Shown here piece by piece: positions 1 to 14,100 of a DNA stretch of 64,000 bases (its first letter is position 1; every line of letters begins with the position of its first letter). The stretch covers positions 248,001 through 312,000 of the forward strand of contig NMRA01000433.1 in assembly GCA_002633005.1 (NCBI GenBank), written 5' to 3'. A model generated the notes under the pieces. The model was not told where the DNA came from, did not search any database, and saw nothing but the letters and a program-made list of their open reading frames with translations. The position numbers were made by a program, and so were the translations under genes. The DNA is from Phoronis australis (lineage: Eukaryota > Animalia > Phoronida).

Positions 1-1773
1 CACTGGTGAGTGAATGAATAAGAGATCATGACCTCTGACCTATCATGTTTTTGGTTCATCGACCAGACTTATCAGCACTTCAGATGTTCAAGAGCTCAAA
101 CTTCATCAATGATAGAGTCAACTACGTGTTTTGCACACCACAGACAGGATTAACAATCAATAGTGCTAACGTGTGAAACCAGTGAATGTTGCACTATTAC
201 ACCAGCATGCTTCAGGACAATAACAGTTGCCACAACGACTCAGTAGTCAGTACGCACGATAACAGAGCGCCCATTTGACATTTACACTCACAGGGGTGTT
301 GCATTTTGAGAACCAGTTTTCTCCACTGAATAACAAGAGTCAAACTGGTTCTAAAAATGTGTGATCCCTGTAAAAAGTAGACAATTGGAAGCTCACTTGG
401 CCAAATTTCTCAACATCAGAAACTTTTGAAGAAGCTCTACTTTGTCGTCACCTCGATTTTTATGGTGTAGCTCTCACTAAACAATAATTGATAACTTTGG
501 GCGTCTGCACCAATTTAGAAAACCTTTAAACACTAGAATAATGACAACTTAAGCATTTACTTAGCAATTGCCATGAGTTTGACATTTCATCAAACAGACT
601 TTTGATTCAGAACACCAAAACCTATACAGTTGATCTCAACTTCTACCAACATCAGATGAGTTGTGGTTCCTAGGCTTGGAAATACTGACAGTTCATAATT
701 AATTGCTGGCGACCATGTTCAGCAAGTAGAATGATGTGCAACTTGTAGAGCCCAATCACTAACTTTGACAAGGTTTTTTAAAACCCGGGCTTAATCAATT
801 ACTTCTCATTTGACGAAGCAACAAATTTGAGACCAATTTCATATAATTTTGATGACACAAAGTGGGTTTGTGACCGCTAAAATCCATGGATGGATCGCCA
901 CCTAGTGGTAACACCAATGACAATGGCAGTGAGGAGTACACATGTACAATGATCGGAGTCGCAAAGGGCTTTCAGTAGAACATAATTTCCCTAACTTAAA
1001 AGCAGCATAAATCTGTGGATAACTGCATGGAAATTAGAGGATAATTAATTTATAATTAGCTATGAAGTAACCAGCTGTCGTTAATGCGATGGTCAGCAGA
1101 ACTTGAGAGTGGTCAAGCATTTCCACACCACAGAAGCTAATTAATGAGTTTACGGTCAAGAAAATACAGAACAGATGAGATCTCAGTACTTTAAAGCACA
1201 TTTCCTTCTGTTCAACTGCGTGCACACAAGAAATCAACATTCAGTCACTTAACATGTACAGATAAGCTACCACCAATTAAAATTTGTAAACTTTCGAGAC
1301 TATGCAGGGGTGTAGATGGCCTCAAGAAACAGAAGCATGTCAATCTTAACCCTTTGACCCAATTTCAATGATTTTTATCTATCATTTCCATAACAAAAAT
1401 GATGATACTTCAGTCGTGGCAATTGCAGAACAGTAAACCATCCTCCCATCGCCAGAGGTCACTAGGTATGGTTTTCTCATCACAGCCTCAAGGAACAGCA
1501 AATATAAGACATTCAGGTTCAAATGCTTGAAAGGTTTCAGTTTGTGTTGTCATTAAAAACACGTACTCACACAGGCTAACAGAACCTAAACACAAGTTAC
1601 GCAACTGCAATGAAGTTTTGTCACGCTAAAAAGCCAGAATTGCTGGAGGCTTTGAGAGCAGATCATCCAATAGCAGAGCAGACGTTCAACAAGCATTTTA
1701 GGTGAATTTTTGTCCGACAGCTGATGAGGCAATAGATTTGTCTTCTGATCAGACCATAATTGTGTGAATGCTT

Positions 1774-1839
1774 TATAATGGTAACCCATGCACATTTGTT
1801 TACATATAATGGTAACCCATGCACGTTTGTTTACATATA
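1774..1839. repeat. Two-copy 33-bp tandem duplication
   Basis: TATAATGGTAACCCATGCAC(A/G)TTTGTTTACATA occurs twice in succession. Confidence 0.85.
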
Positions 1840-1970
1840 CAGTTTTTTTGTTGTCAATAAATAGTAAAATAATAAAACAGTACAGAACTGTTTTCCTCGT
1901 TGTTTCATACACTTAAAACTGCAGTCTTCCTCAGTGCCACCAGACATGACATGTGTCCGACTACCCTTAC

Positions 1971-2159
1971 CTATTTCATTGCATAGGCAGGCGACACAGC
2001 GGTTGTCCTCGGCGCGTCGGTAGAAATTGTCCATGCAACGTTCACAGTTTGGTCCATCCGTGTTGTCGCGACAGTCCAAACAATGGCCGCCATGCCCAGT
2101 CGCCTTGTAGAGATTGTCATCAAAATAACACCTGTTGGACAGTCCATTACACTCACAGG
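1971..2159 (-). CDS. LAMC1: Laminin gamma coding exon 5 (LE repeat 2 and start of LE3)
   Basis: Acceptor TTTTGCAG|; (P)[62 protein letters not shown]; donor G|GTAAGG. Confidence 0.95.
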   Translation of the reverse strand, partial: PVSVMDCPTGVILMTISTRRLGMAAIVWTVATTRMDQTVNVAWTISTDAPRTTAVSPAYAMK

Positions 2160-5100
2160 CTGCAAAATAGAAAATGCGTAAGATTAAGAAAATTGTTAAA
2201 AAATACTGACAATCAAAAATTCAGAGTACACTTTCAAAATTCCAATATCAATTTTCCTTCAAATTCTGGCTTCTGGTAGTTTCTAAAAAATAAAATTGCT
2301 ATTAATTCCCTGTTTCTTAACTCTAATGGAGATAGACCAATGATACATTTTGTTTATGCGAGACTCCACATTCACTGTATACTACTGACAAAAGGGTAGT
2401 TGTCTTTTAACCAGTTATCTGAAGAGCACTTGTGGTAAAGTGATCGTATGTATACATCCACACTTCTCAGTCATTGGTTCACCGATGCCAGTTGGTGAAT
2501 CTTGACCTACTACTTGTCGGAGCTTTCACCATGAGCTACTATTGAGGACTAACTGACAACAAGCATTTTTTTTCGAAAACCTCCTACTGGCTGTACTTCG
2601 GGAGCAAGTTTTCCAAAAGGCAAAATTGATTAAACACACAACACTTTTTGTTATTAACAGTCCTTATTCTGTTCCATTCGTATGCTCGGAATAAAATTCT
2701 CCACTCAACGAAGTACATGCAACTGACCGAGAGACATGATTAAAAGGTTCGTGATATTTTGAAACGTACTCGTTTCATTCTCAAGTGGAAATAAAATGAC
2801 GTAGTAATGCCACCACAGAGCATTACCTGGAGACACACACAGTGGGACACGGCAGGCGTAAAATTTGTAAGCCCGGTGATTACCTCAATGTTATTATTAA
2901 TTATCAGAATAGGAAGTCCTCCAACTTGGTCATGGAAAATAACTTTTTCTAAAGCGAAAATCCACCCCGTTGCCCAGTGTAGTGTTGTTTATGAGTTTGT
3001 ATGCCCTATGAAATAATGTCTTCGTTCAAATGTCAAACAGTAATACATTGGTCAAACGGTTTGCAGTCTTTCCCGTCGGTTATCTATGCATCTTCAAAAT
3101 GGCGCCATCCAAGATCATTTTCTGATTTTTCATAAAATCACCCGTCAACAAATTGTGGACAACATGTCAATTCAGTACACAGAGCACAATGTGTTGAGAT
3201 TGAAAGCATTGGAGTCACTTTTGTTTGCATGTGAGAGGCCTGTCTTCAATGAGCAGCAAACAGGGTCGCGCTGCAAGTTACACTTGTTGGCACGACATTC
3301 CTGTTAACCCCATTCATTTGTCATTCTTTGCAGTATTTCACAACTGCCTTGTCTCACTGTGTATGTCTCCAGCTTATGCTCTGTGGTGGTATTACTGCAT
3401 CATTTTATTTCCACATGAGAATGAAACAAGTATGTTTCAAAATATCATGAAACTTTTAATCATGTCTCTTGCTCAGTTACTCCACCAATGTTTCGTTGAG
3501 TGCAGTTTTATTCAGAGGGAGCACTTGAACAGAATGCAATAAAAACTAATAATGAAAAGTGTGTGCCTTTAATCAAAACCTCCTACAGGGACATCAAAGG
3601 AACTATTCAATATCAGGACTTAGCAATGTCTAACATATCATCTGTTGATCACAGTTTACTTCAAAGATTAGGCATATTTAATAACCCCATCTTATATAAT
3701 ATGAGGGATGGACAAGACCATAAAATACTGATTGTAGATATCTGAAATACATTTATCAAACTCTTCTCTACATTGCAACTGGCTCTTTAGAACGGACACT
3801 GATCTTCAGAGAATTTGACAGTCCTCTTCCCTCATCAAATATTTGAAACAAACATTTTGACAAATTCTCAAATTCATCATTTACAAGTCATTGTTATCCA
3901 TTTTTCTCACAAATTTTTAAATAAGGTTGACAAAGCTCTTGTCAAATATTACCAAGACCGTCAATTTTGATTTTCCCAATTCACTGTTACAATGTAACAC
4001 AATAACCAAACAAAATCAGCAAGACAAGGAGGACTGCAATAGATACCATGTGTTCTTGCAGCTTGAATGAGTTGATTAACAAAGAGATGCATTGTCTGTA
4101 CTTGCAAAGAGTTGTACAAATGATTCTACATACAACTCTGTTGAAACCTTGGACATTATTGTGACCACCACTTGATTATCTCACTGCACTACAGCCAATG
4201 GCGTGATGGTCTATATCACAACATGATGGCACTAAGAGTTCGCAACAACACAACGACTGTCTAGTAACATTCAAATGTTTAGTGATGGCGTGTTTGTCAC
4301 TATTATGACGTGATTTGGACCAAACAATCGAAACAAAAATGCACAGCCACATCACGTTTTGGAAAATGTTTGTTGGTACTGGATTTTTTCCGATTCAGGT
4401 AACCACAGGGAGCAATTTAGCGCTTGAATTTTTAAACAAAATTATGTGTTTGGATAAATCGGTGTTGTCTGACAATGGTTGCACACATTGTACGCTCCAG
4501 GAGAGTTCAGAAGGATTGTGACTGACTGCAGTCAGCTACCAATTTTCGAAGAGCTTACTCATACAGAGTTACGTAAATGTGGCCTAATTATTATCATTGT
4601 TTTCAATTTTGGAATTTTAATTTTAGTTGACTGGATCCACGTCAAAATTGTGTCACACTAAACAAGTGAATAATGCACAGCGCTTTTCATCAACTACCCT
4701 CGTGCCAAGACTAGTTTCGTCATGTCACAGTTATATTGGAAAATGGTTCTTAGATTGTACACTTAGAGTGCAGCGATCCTATTGTTACAACGCTCATGAA
4801 TAACTTTTCATGAAACATGACCTAATGCTAACATGCAGACCTAAAATACGACGTTTACGTGAGAATGAATCTCATCACAGAACTTTTTTCATAGCACATG
4901 AGAAATTCAATGCAAAGAGAAATTACTTCAAACAAACACAAACACAACAACAGAAAACAACAAAAACAACAAACCAACAATGAAAAAACAACAATGGACT
5001 GGTAGTTTCAGGTGTTGCTGCAGTAAAAAAATTAAGTCTACAATTTTGATGTTTTTGTTTTCAAATTCAATTGACTGAGTGACAAGCATAGAAAGAATAA

Positions 5101-8100
5101 GGTTCACAGCTCTCAGAAACGTTGGCCAGGAGAAATTTGGCTTTCAATGTAGTAATATTGCTAAGTTGTAACTTTTCACAATACATGTGTGAAAAAAAAG
5201 TATTTCAGAGCTGTATCATTATTCCGATTTAGATGGGAAATAAATACAGAGAAAAGGATTTCATAGATGCACTTGGAGTTTAAATTCTCAGTTGGTGCAA
5301 TTTTTCCTGATTTAGCGACTAACAGAATTTGCAGGGGAAGCAAGTCAGGGGTTGAGTGTGAATGAGTCATCCGCTCCATCACAAAGAAGGCAAATGCTAT
5401 TACTTCACTCATGGCAAATTGTTATTAAGTAAGAGTTATACAGAAACCATAACAGCAAGCCGTAGAGAAACTTTACTGAAGATGTCTATGATGAATCATT
5501 GCTCGCATAAAAAATACTCTTCCAACATACAGATTTTCTTACTTTTGGGCAAATTACAAAAACTCCATGAACACTTACTTATCTACCGTGAAGCATTGAT
5601 TTTGTCACAAAGACAACATATTTTCAACACAGATTGAGCACTTTTTGACAAATTATACTCAAATGAGTGAATATGACAGACTTTCTACCCACAAAAACAC
5701 TGGGGACCTATGTCGGTGCTGACTTTCTGAACTCAACATAAAAATAAATGTTCACAACAGCCTGATTACTTACGGAGCCACTTAGATCCATTCCAGTACC
5801 AGTAAGCCTGAACAGAGTGAATGCCAAATGTTAACAGCAAAACGGCACGCAACGATTTATCGAACAAAATACCCATGATGCAATACACTCGGCAACCGGG
5901 TCCAAAACAGGCTTCGGACAAACCTCCTGACAACAATTATCCTTTCAAATACTTCAAATCTCCATCCATTCAACTAAATTGTTTCTACAAATGGAGCATA
6001 CTCCAGATCATAACCTGTGACAAAGGTTGATCTCAGGTCAGAGTAGTTATCTAGCAGACTGTAGGTATTTTATAACCACACTTCATATCTCGAGCAAACA
6101 CGCGACTGTTTGAAGTGGCCGGCCCATAGAGGTGTGGTTCTTTGACTACAAAAAATGAGATGTCCCTCAGATGCAGCAGAGTTGCTTCTTAGTTTGCACC
6201 GAAATCCTCTTGCGTTCAACAGCAATCTATTTTTATCTCACGGCACAGTGAACAAATTGCAAACCAGTCCGCTTTTGGCAAATCTAACTAAACACAATTG
6301 AGCATCAGAGGTCCTTGCACATGAAATAGCTTTCTCAAAGTGTCACAGCGAGCGGAAATACAAGTTAAAAACAGCCAATCAGGAGATAAATAAGTTCCTA
6401 TGCCAAAAATGAATATCGCGATGCAATGGTTCCTGAAAAAGTCTCGACTGCTGATACAGTAATCTTGCTGCTACTGAAATACAGCTCACCAGGGTCCTAG
6501 ACTGAAGTTACCAAAGCTTAAATCTCAACATACATGTTCAGGCTCAAAAAGGCCCCTAAACCTGTGTAGTGAAAGTGGTGTCCCAGGAGGCATCAACCAA
6601 TGCATATCGTGTCCAAGGTTCTGAATCATTTCCCAACCAGCACCTCAAGAAAATCAACTGGTCACACGAAAAAATTACCAGATTCCTTATTCATGTTCTT
6701 GGGAGCTGAGCCAAACACAAAGGAAATATTCATAAAATAAAGATGGCCAGCCTGAGGAAATGAGTCTTTTGAAAATTCTTATGCAAGCATGGGATGAACT
6801 TCAAAAACATCATCATTGCCTTTGTGGGCAAATGGTGATGTAAACAAAGCAGAAAATGATTGCAAAACCAGACAGCATATGCTTTATATACCACACACTT
6901 TAGTCTTGATGGCAATTCAGCATTATCCATAAACAGGACATATGATTGATTGATTACCAATCGTGTAATAGAAACTTGTGAAAGAAGAGATATAAATTTA
7001 GGGTAAATGCTCTATGTCATTTACCAAAAGACCCTGCTTTGGAGATTGCATGTTGCCCCATCTATAGTGTGACTTAAGAAACACAGAAGTATTCAGTACA
7101 GCCCTCTGTTGGCTACCAAAGCTCTTAGCATTTTTAAATGCAGTTCTGCATTTCAAAAGACCTAGCACAACAGTGTTAGACCCACTGAAACATAAGATGC
7201 CCTTTTGACGAGGCAAAAACTAGATTTCAACTTTTGAAAGAGATTTCAGCACAAATAGAGAATTTAACTGAAACTCTTCCAATTCATAGCAGTTTGCATT
7301 TAAGCACATCTTATGAAATTCTAACAGTAAAATTTCTCCAGTTTGAGAAAGTGAAAAAGTAATCATTCTGGCGAAGGTCATACCTTGTAAGCCTACAACA
7401 TTTTAGAAATGGACAATATTGGCTCTCCCAAATTCAAGAATCACGATCGATGAAAAATGGTGATTCACTCCAATCTTACACACAAAGATGCATGGAAACA
7501 TACTGTCAACAGCTCTTTTGATGATTTTATGAAGTGCAAAGTTTATTTTTAGATTCAGTTACTACAAAATTCAGTTTGATAATTCGAAAATATGATGAAT
7601 GCCAAAATCGCCTATCAAACTCTTTAGAATCAAGAAAAATCAATTTCCCCTTGAATTTCGGTATCCCAAACTGCATATTTTTTATGGAGGCAAATGAAAA
7701 GATGACAGATTTGCCAAGCGAATCCCTATTTCAAATTTTCGAGATGATCACCAGGTGGCTCTGGTCACAAATAAGCGAATTTTTGCAAAGGTTCCTCCAA
7801 AATGAACACAAACTGGCCAGTTTCATAGATTTGACTAACCCACCTACTGTTACAGTAAAACAATAAAGACAGTCATTTCAATCTTGGGAAATGGAACGTC
7901 TCTGCAAAACACAAAATTTACAGATATTATTTTATTTAGCATTAAACATTAATAAAGTTATTAAACTTTTAACCGGCAGAGTCACGGTACTAACACCTCC
8001 TAACTACTCCCGTTGACAGTCTACTTACGAAGACACTCGTTGGCCTCGTTGTGAGAGGCGCGTGCCCATGGTCGATCATTGTAGAATGGTTCACACTGGT

Positions 8101-11100
8101 CACAGTCCGGTCCCATGGTGTTATGCTCACAAACACAGACAAACCTCTCCTCCAGCCCCTGACCTGTGCTCTTGACGCACTCGCTGGCATGGCCATTACA
8201 CTTGCAGCTGTAATCAACCAATCAACATAATCAACCAATCAACAAAATCAACCAATCAACAAAATCAACCAATCAACAAAATCAACCAATCAACAAAATC
8301 AACCAATCAACAAAATCAACCAATCAACAAAATCAACCAATCAACAAAATCAACCAATCAACAAAATCAACCAATCACAACAGTCGGTGAAATCCTTTTC
8401 GTGTAGAACATATACTATGCTAGTCTGGTTTGCGAGCTCATAAGCAAGGTGTATTTTTGTCTCACTTCATGAAGGTTTTCCATATGCAGCGCTAAAGGCC
8501 TGATGCAAATTTTTTCAACAACACGGCGATATTGTCCCACCTAAATGGCGGGGGGGAGGGGCGGTAGTCTGCAAGTGTTTGAGTGTTGCACACTATCATA
8601 AATTACTTGTGATCTGAGTGATGGCCATGACAAACTGGTGTAGATCTCAGAACGAGGCACAACTTTTACAAAAGACACCATTTTCCGTACATCCTGAGGG
8701 CATTTCTTCACGATGCTGATGTTGATGCAACAGGGCCCCCTAGGAGAAATTTGTGACCAATCTAATCACAGTGAAGTAGTCTAAATAATGACTTACTTCT
8801 TCAATAGAAGATAAGTTCATGGAACTTTTAAAAGTAGCGAGGTGAAACTGACTATTCAAACATGTTTATGAGAAGCCGCATTGGTGAAATCGAGGCAAGA
8901 GTGGATGGCACAAGAGATTGTAGAGAAGTGGATTGTGAAAGCCTGTGTGCGGTAATACCTCACCTATTTCTAACACTTATCTGAATTCACACGCTTAAAA
9001 TTATTTTTAAAAAATAATATATTGTTCCTCACTTGTTTCACATGAGGCTACCTGGTATGATTTTCTACCTCACCTAATTTGCACAGGTATTTTGGTAAAG
9101 GGATAGATATGAGGTTAGACGAAAAAGGAAAAATAGACAATGGAACCGCCAATCAGAATTGAATGTGTAATACACAGCTACAATAATCAAGAGTAATTCA
9201 GGAAGTTCCAAGATAATAAAATACGTCGACATAAATAAACAACTTGACATTTTTTTCAACTCTACAAAAATTAAAAGAAACTTGAAATGATCATTCTCAC
9301 GTTACCAAGAAAATGTTCATCCAGTTAGCACTACAACACTATATCCACGTGCCAAACGTCCCCTTTTGGTATGCAAATTAGCATTCTCTTGTAGATTCAC
9401 TTCTTAGCTATTAGTCTAGATGTATCATCCCTATCCCTGTACGAGTGTTTGTATGTAGCATGAATGGTACTTTCGTTGTCTTAGTTGGTGAATATTCATA
9501 ACTGCATAATATGACAATTGTTATCTCCAAAAAATATTAATTTATTAGGATGTGGGCACTCATTCAATCAATGAATTTGATTTTCTTACCCAATTATAGA
9601 ACTTTGGAGAATAACAATCAAAGTGAAATGTCCAAGAAATTGGAGAGTTATATTTTTAATACATAACAATCCACTTTAGATAAAATCAGGCACCATGAAA
9701 ATAAATAAATGTGGTCCTGCATTCCTCATATTCCATGCAACCCTAATATAGACAGCCGGTGACCTCTATTGGTAGCAGACAACACTGGATCCTACTATTA
9801 TTTGTACAAGACCACACAACAACAAGAGGCCTTAAACAAACAAAAGTTATAATTCATACAGGAAATCTAATAGGTTGGCCACTTATACACACACAATCAT
9901 TAGTTCAACAGTCAAGCTATACAATCAAGTCCAAAAAGGAAAGATCTGCAAAAGAGGAAGAACAGATGGCAGAGTTCCATGAAGCAAGTCCCTTATGAAA
10001 AAGCGAAATCACGCAAGTCTAATATGAGATATTGTTAAATACATTACAAGCAAAGAACATGACCACACTACCTTTACTCTAGAGAGTTTTATTTATGTCT
10101 AGTACAAGGTTCAGCATTACCTAAAGTGAACCTAATGGTATTAACCCAGATCACATCATGCCAGAGGGAGGTCCACACAAGGGCTCTATGTAGGTTGAAT
10201 GGGGCTATTGTAATCTGGTTGTTGTCACAGTTGGGCTAGTGTTTGTAAATATAGGGTAATGCAAACATCTGGCCAACAATGGCTGGGGAATGAATGGGTG
10301 AGATGGGCAAGAGAGCTGTGATGATAGGAGTCTGGTAAAGGTGATACATATAGATTATTACATGGCGAAGTCGTTATCCCCCGTTATCTAGAGCCCAAGT
10401 GGATTTTGGAGAATTATCGCCCGAGGGGCGTCAGCCCCGAGGGTGATAATTCTCCAAAATCCACGAGGGCTCTAGATAAGGGGGATAACGGCTGAGAACA
10501 TGTAATAATCTATTTATACCACATACTAAACGAGAAACATTGCAATGAATCGATTTAAATTTTCTGACTCTCCACGGCTTTGTAACTACTTTCTATGTCA
10601 GAGGCCCGGGGTCGGAGGTCGTGACCTTTTAAGAAAAGCCNTATTAGGATGTGGGCACTCATTCAATCAATGAATTTGATTTTCTTACCCAATTATAGAA
10701 CTTTGGAGAATAACAATCAAAGTGAAATGTCCAAGAAATTGGAGAGTTATATTTTTAATACATAACAATCCACTTTAGATAAAATCAGGCACCATGAAAA
10801 TAAATAAATGTGGTCCTGCATTCCTCATATTCCATGCAACCCTAATATAGACAGCCGGTGACCTCTATTGGTAGCAGACAACACTGGATCCTACTATTAT
10901 TTGTACAAGACCACACAACAACAAGAGGCCTTAAACAAACAAAAGTTATAATTCATACAGGAAATCTAATAGGTTGGCCACTTATACACACACAATCATT
11001 AGTTCAACAGTCAAGCTATACAATCAAGTCCAAAAAGGAAAGATCTGCAAAAGAGGAAGAACAGATGGCAGAGTTCCATGAAGCAAGTCCCTTATGAAAA

Positions 11101-14100
11101 AGCGAAATCACGCAAGTCTAATATGAGATATTGTTAAATACATTACAAGCAAAGAACATGACCACACTACCTTTACTCTAGAGAGTTTTATTTATGTCTA
11201 GTACAAGGTTCAGCATTACCTAAAGTGAACCTAATGGTATTAACCCAGATCACATCATGCCAGAGGGAGGTCCACACAAGGGCTCTATGTAGGTTGAATG
11301 GGGCTATTGTAATCTGGTTGTTGTCACAGTTGGGCTAGTGTTTGTAAATATAGGGTAATGCAAACATCTGGCCAACAATGGCTGGGGAATGAATGGGTGA
11401 GATGGGGCAAGGGAGCTGTGATGATAGGAGTCTGGTAAAGGTGATACAGGACCTTATACAGTCTGTACACTTAGCCAACTATATAATATATTTTCTGAAA
11501 GCAGAAATGTCATAGAATTTGATCGTTTGCTTTATACTAATCTGCCATCAATAGGCTCATGAGGCCATGCTTTTCAGTAAAAGTGGGCAAAAAAGAAACT
11601 TAAGGTACATTCATAGCAAAACAACAAGACTGGTAGCATGACCAAATTCTGTTGATGTAAATGATCAATATAAAATCTCAAAAATACTGTTACAATTTTC
11701 CAAATTTATCGCTTCGTTTAATGAAACTGTATTTTTTTACAAAAACCTTATCAGTTCTATTTTGATAGTCTCTCATGCAAAAGTGGAACATTTTAAAAAC
11801 AATTCCAAACAGCATTTTGGGGAACAGTGCAAAATGCCTAATATCTAAATCTGTTGAGCAACTTCTGAAATATGATGTTCCCAAGTTGGCCAAAACTGAA
11901 ATTTTTCTAGGGTCCTACAAAATCTTGACATACAGTAAAATCTGACCAATTTAAGACATGAGACAGCTGACTAGTAAAATTTCCTTTCATCAGTTTTTTC
12001 ATGCTACACACGTAGCACCATATTAAATGCATTTCCATCTTCAGATTTTGTACCACAGCTAACATCAAGGAGAGGATTGGAATTTGGGAGCACGGCACTG
12101 GAGGACCTTGAAAATCAAGGGTACTACTCATTTGTATCAGAAATTGATAACAAGTTGCTATATAAGAGGTGACCAACAGAAATTTAATATTGAGCAGACC
12201 GAGGTTCAAATGCAAGTTTTTCTTTGAACTACTCAGAGACTGGACCCCAGTGCAGGTTTTGAGTCAAAGTGTAGAAACTAGGCTTCAAATGCACATTTTG
12301 AACCAATGTGTACAAAAACTTAGGTTCAGGATACAAATCAAACCATCTTGACTCCAGTACAAAAGCAAGTTTTGAGACATTTCTGAACAACATCCAGCCA
12401 TATACATGTTACATACATAACAAAATACCAAGTCAAATGTTCTAAGTGATCAGGAAGTCTACAAGAGGTAATTCAAGCTGTTTTAATGAGGTGACTCACC
12501 AGCAACCTGTGCACACTTTAGGTTGTGTAGGACCTTATAGACAAATTCTTCACTTGCACACAATATGGCCGACAAGTAAGAAACTATTTTGTTAAATTCA
12601 TTCAATAAAATAAAGATGAAGAGAAATTTAGTCAATAATTTGCGTGATCTGTACTTTGCAGATGCCATAAAGCAACATTTAGTAAAGTGTCCATTATTTG
12701 CAGCAAAGTATACTGCCTTTGAAATAAGGAAATAATTATTTTGGTGCAAAATAAGTGGATTACCATAGCTAAATATCTAAACCAGTGCATATTTTATCTA
12801 ATACCTAAATAAAACAATATCTTTAATGAAAGTACAAAGCTTCTTGAATAGGATATTTGACCTTATCATTATATCACTACTTGGGCCATGTGTCCAGGTC
12901 TTATTAGTAAAATTAAGCAAAAAACTTACTTTTTTAACTAATCATGGAAAAGTGGAGACAATTCCTGACATTGTTCTAGAGAACAGCGCATGAAACAGAA
13001 TATCTGAAAGGTTCGTACCAATCCAATCGGCTGTTTCTGAGACACGAAGTTCTGAAGTTAGACAAAGTTTGACATTCATCTGTATTCTACATAATCTTAA
13101 TGTTGGGTTCACGCCACCCAAACCACGAGTTATCACTTTTCTACAATCACAACTTAATATTTCATTGCCAGAGCTCACTCCAAGTTTCTGGTTTTAGTGC
13201 CTGCAGCTAGGTCAGTGCCATTAAATGCAATATATGTACATCCATGGTTACAACAACTGCGCACTACACAGTTGCAGACTATCCACACAAGGTAATAACC
13301 ATTGCAACTGCTCCAATCCACCCTCACAGGCTATAAACGTCTAATGTTATAACCAGAGTAACAGCCTTTAAATCAGGTTTATACCAGTAAGTTACAATTG
13401 ATTTGGTGTGAACAGATAAACATGCAAAATCCTCATCTTGGCTAAGATTTTCGCACCACGCAAGTGTCATTTCTGCTGATGCTTTACTGACAGTTTGAGG
13501 TGGCGTTTCCAAGCCGACAGTTTCAAAGGAACACCGTGCAAGCTTTACTTTAAAGGTTATGCATACACAGGGGAAACAGTGTCTTTGTTACTGGTTGCCT
13601 TAATCAGTTTATTGAGAATTTACTACTGATGTCTGCTTTAAAGGAGATACAAGAGGAGTGAATACCAATGGCTAGTGAAAATGACTTCCTGTGCAACACG
13701 CGCTCAGAAAACTGCTAGCGTTTTTGCCCCCCACGTGAACCCATTAAAATTTGGACACCGAACTTGTCATCATGAAAATGAAAGGTTACCATCAAGATTT
13801 TAGTTTTAACAACACAAAAGCAGTGTCCACATAGCCACATCAACAACTTTTCTAAAAAAAATTTGCATTAAATTCTGGACCCAGTAATCCTTTTACATTT
13901 TGGTAAACCCATGGTCACTCCCCACAATCATATAGACATCTGACACAAGCCAACTAGGTCATATCCAAAAGGTCAAGACCACCATCTACCAGGAGGTTAC
14001 TTCACTGGAATGTTATCTACCAATCAGAACAATCTCAGATAGCTGCAGCAATTTATTGCCAAAAAAAACTAAACAAGATGAAAACCTAGCAACTGATGTC

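Noticed and set aside
8212-8376. CRISPR-like array
   Set aside because: The units are contiguous with no unique spacers, and the context is a eukaryotic intron.
9759-11097. Two identical 79-aa ORFs as duplicated genes
   Set aside because: They begin with GTG, show no recognisable domain, lie antisense within a laminin intron and come from the gap-flanking duplication.
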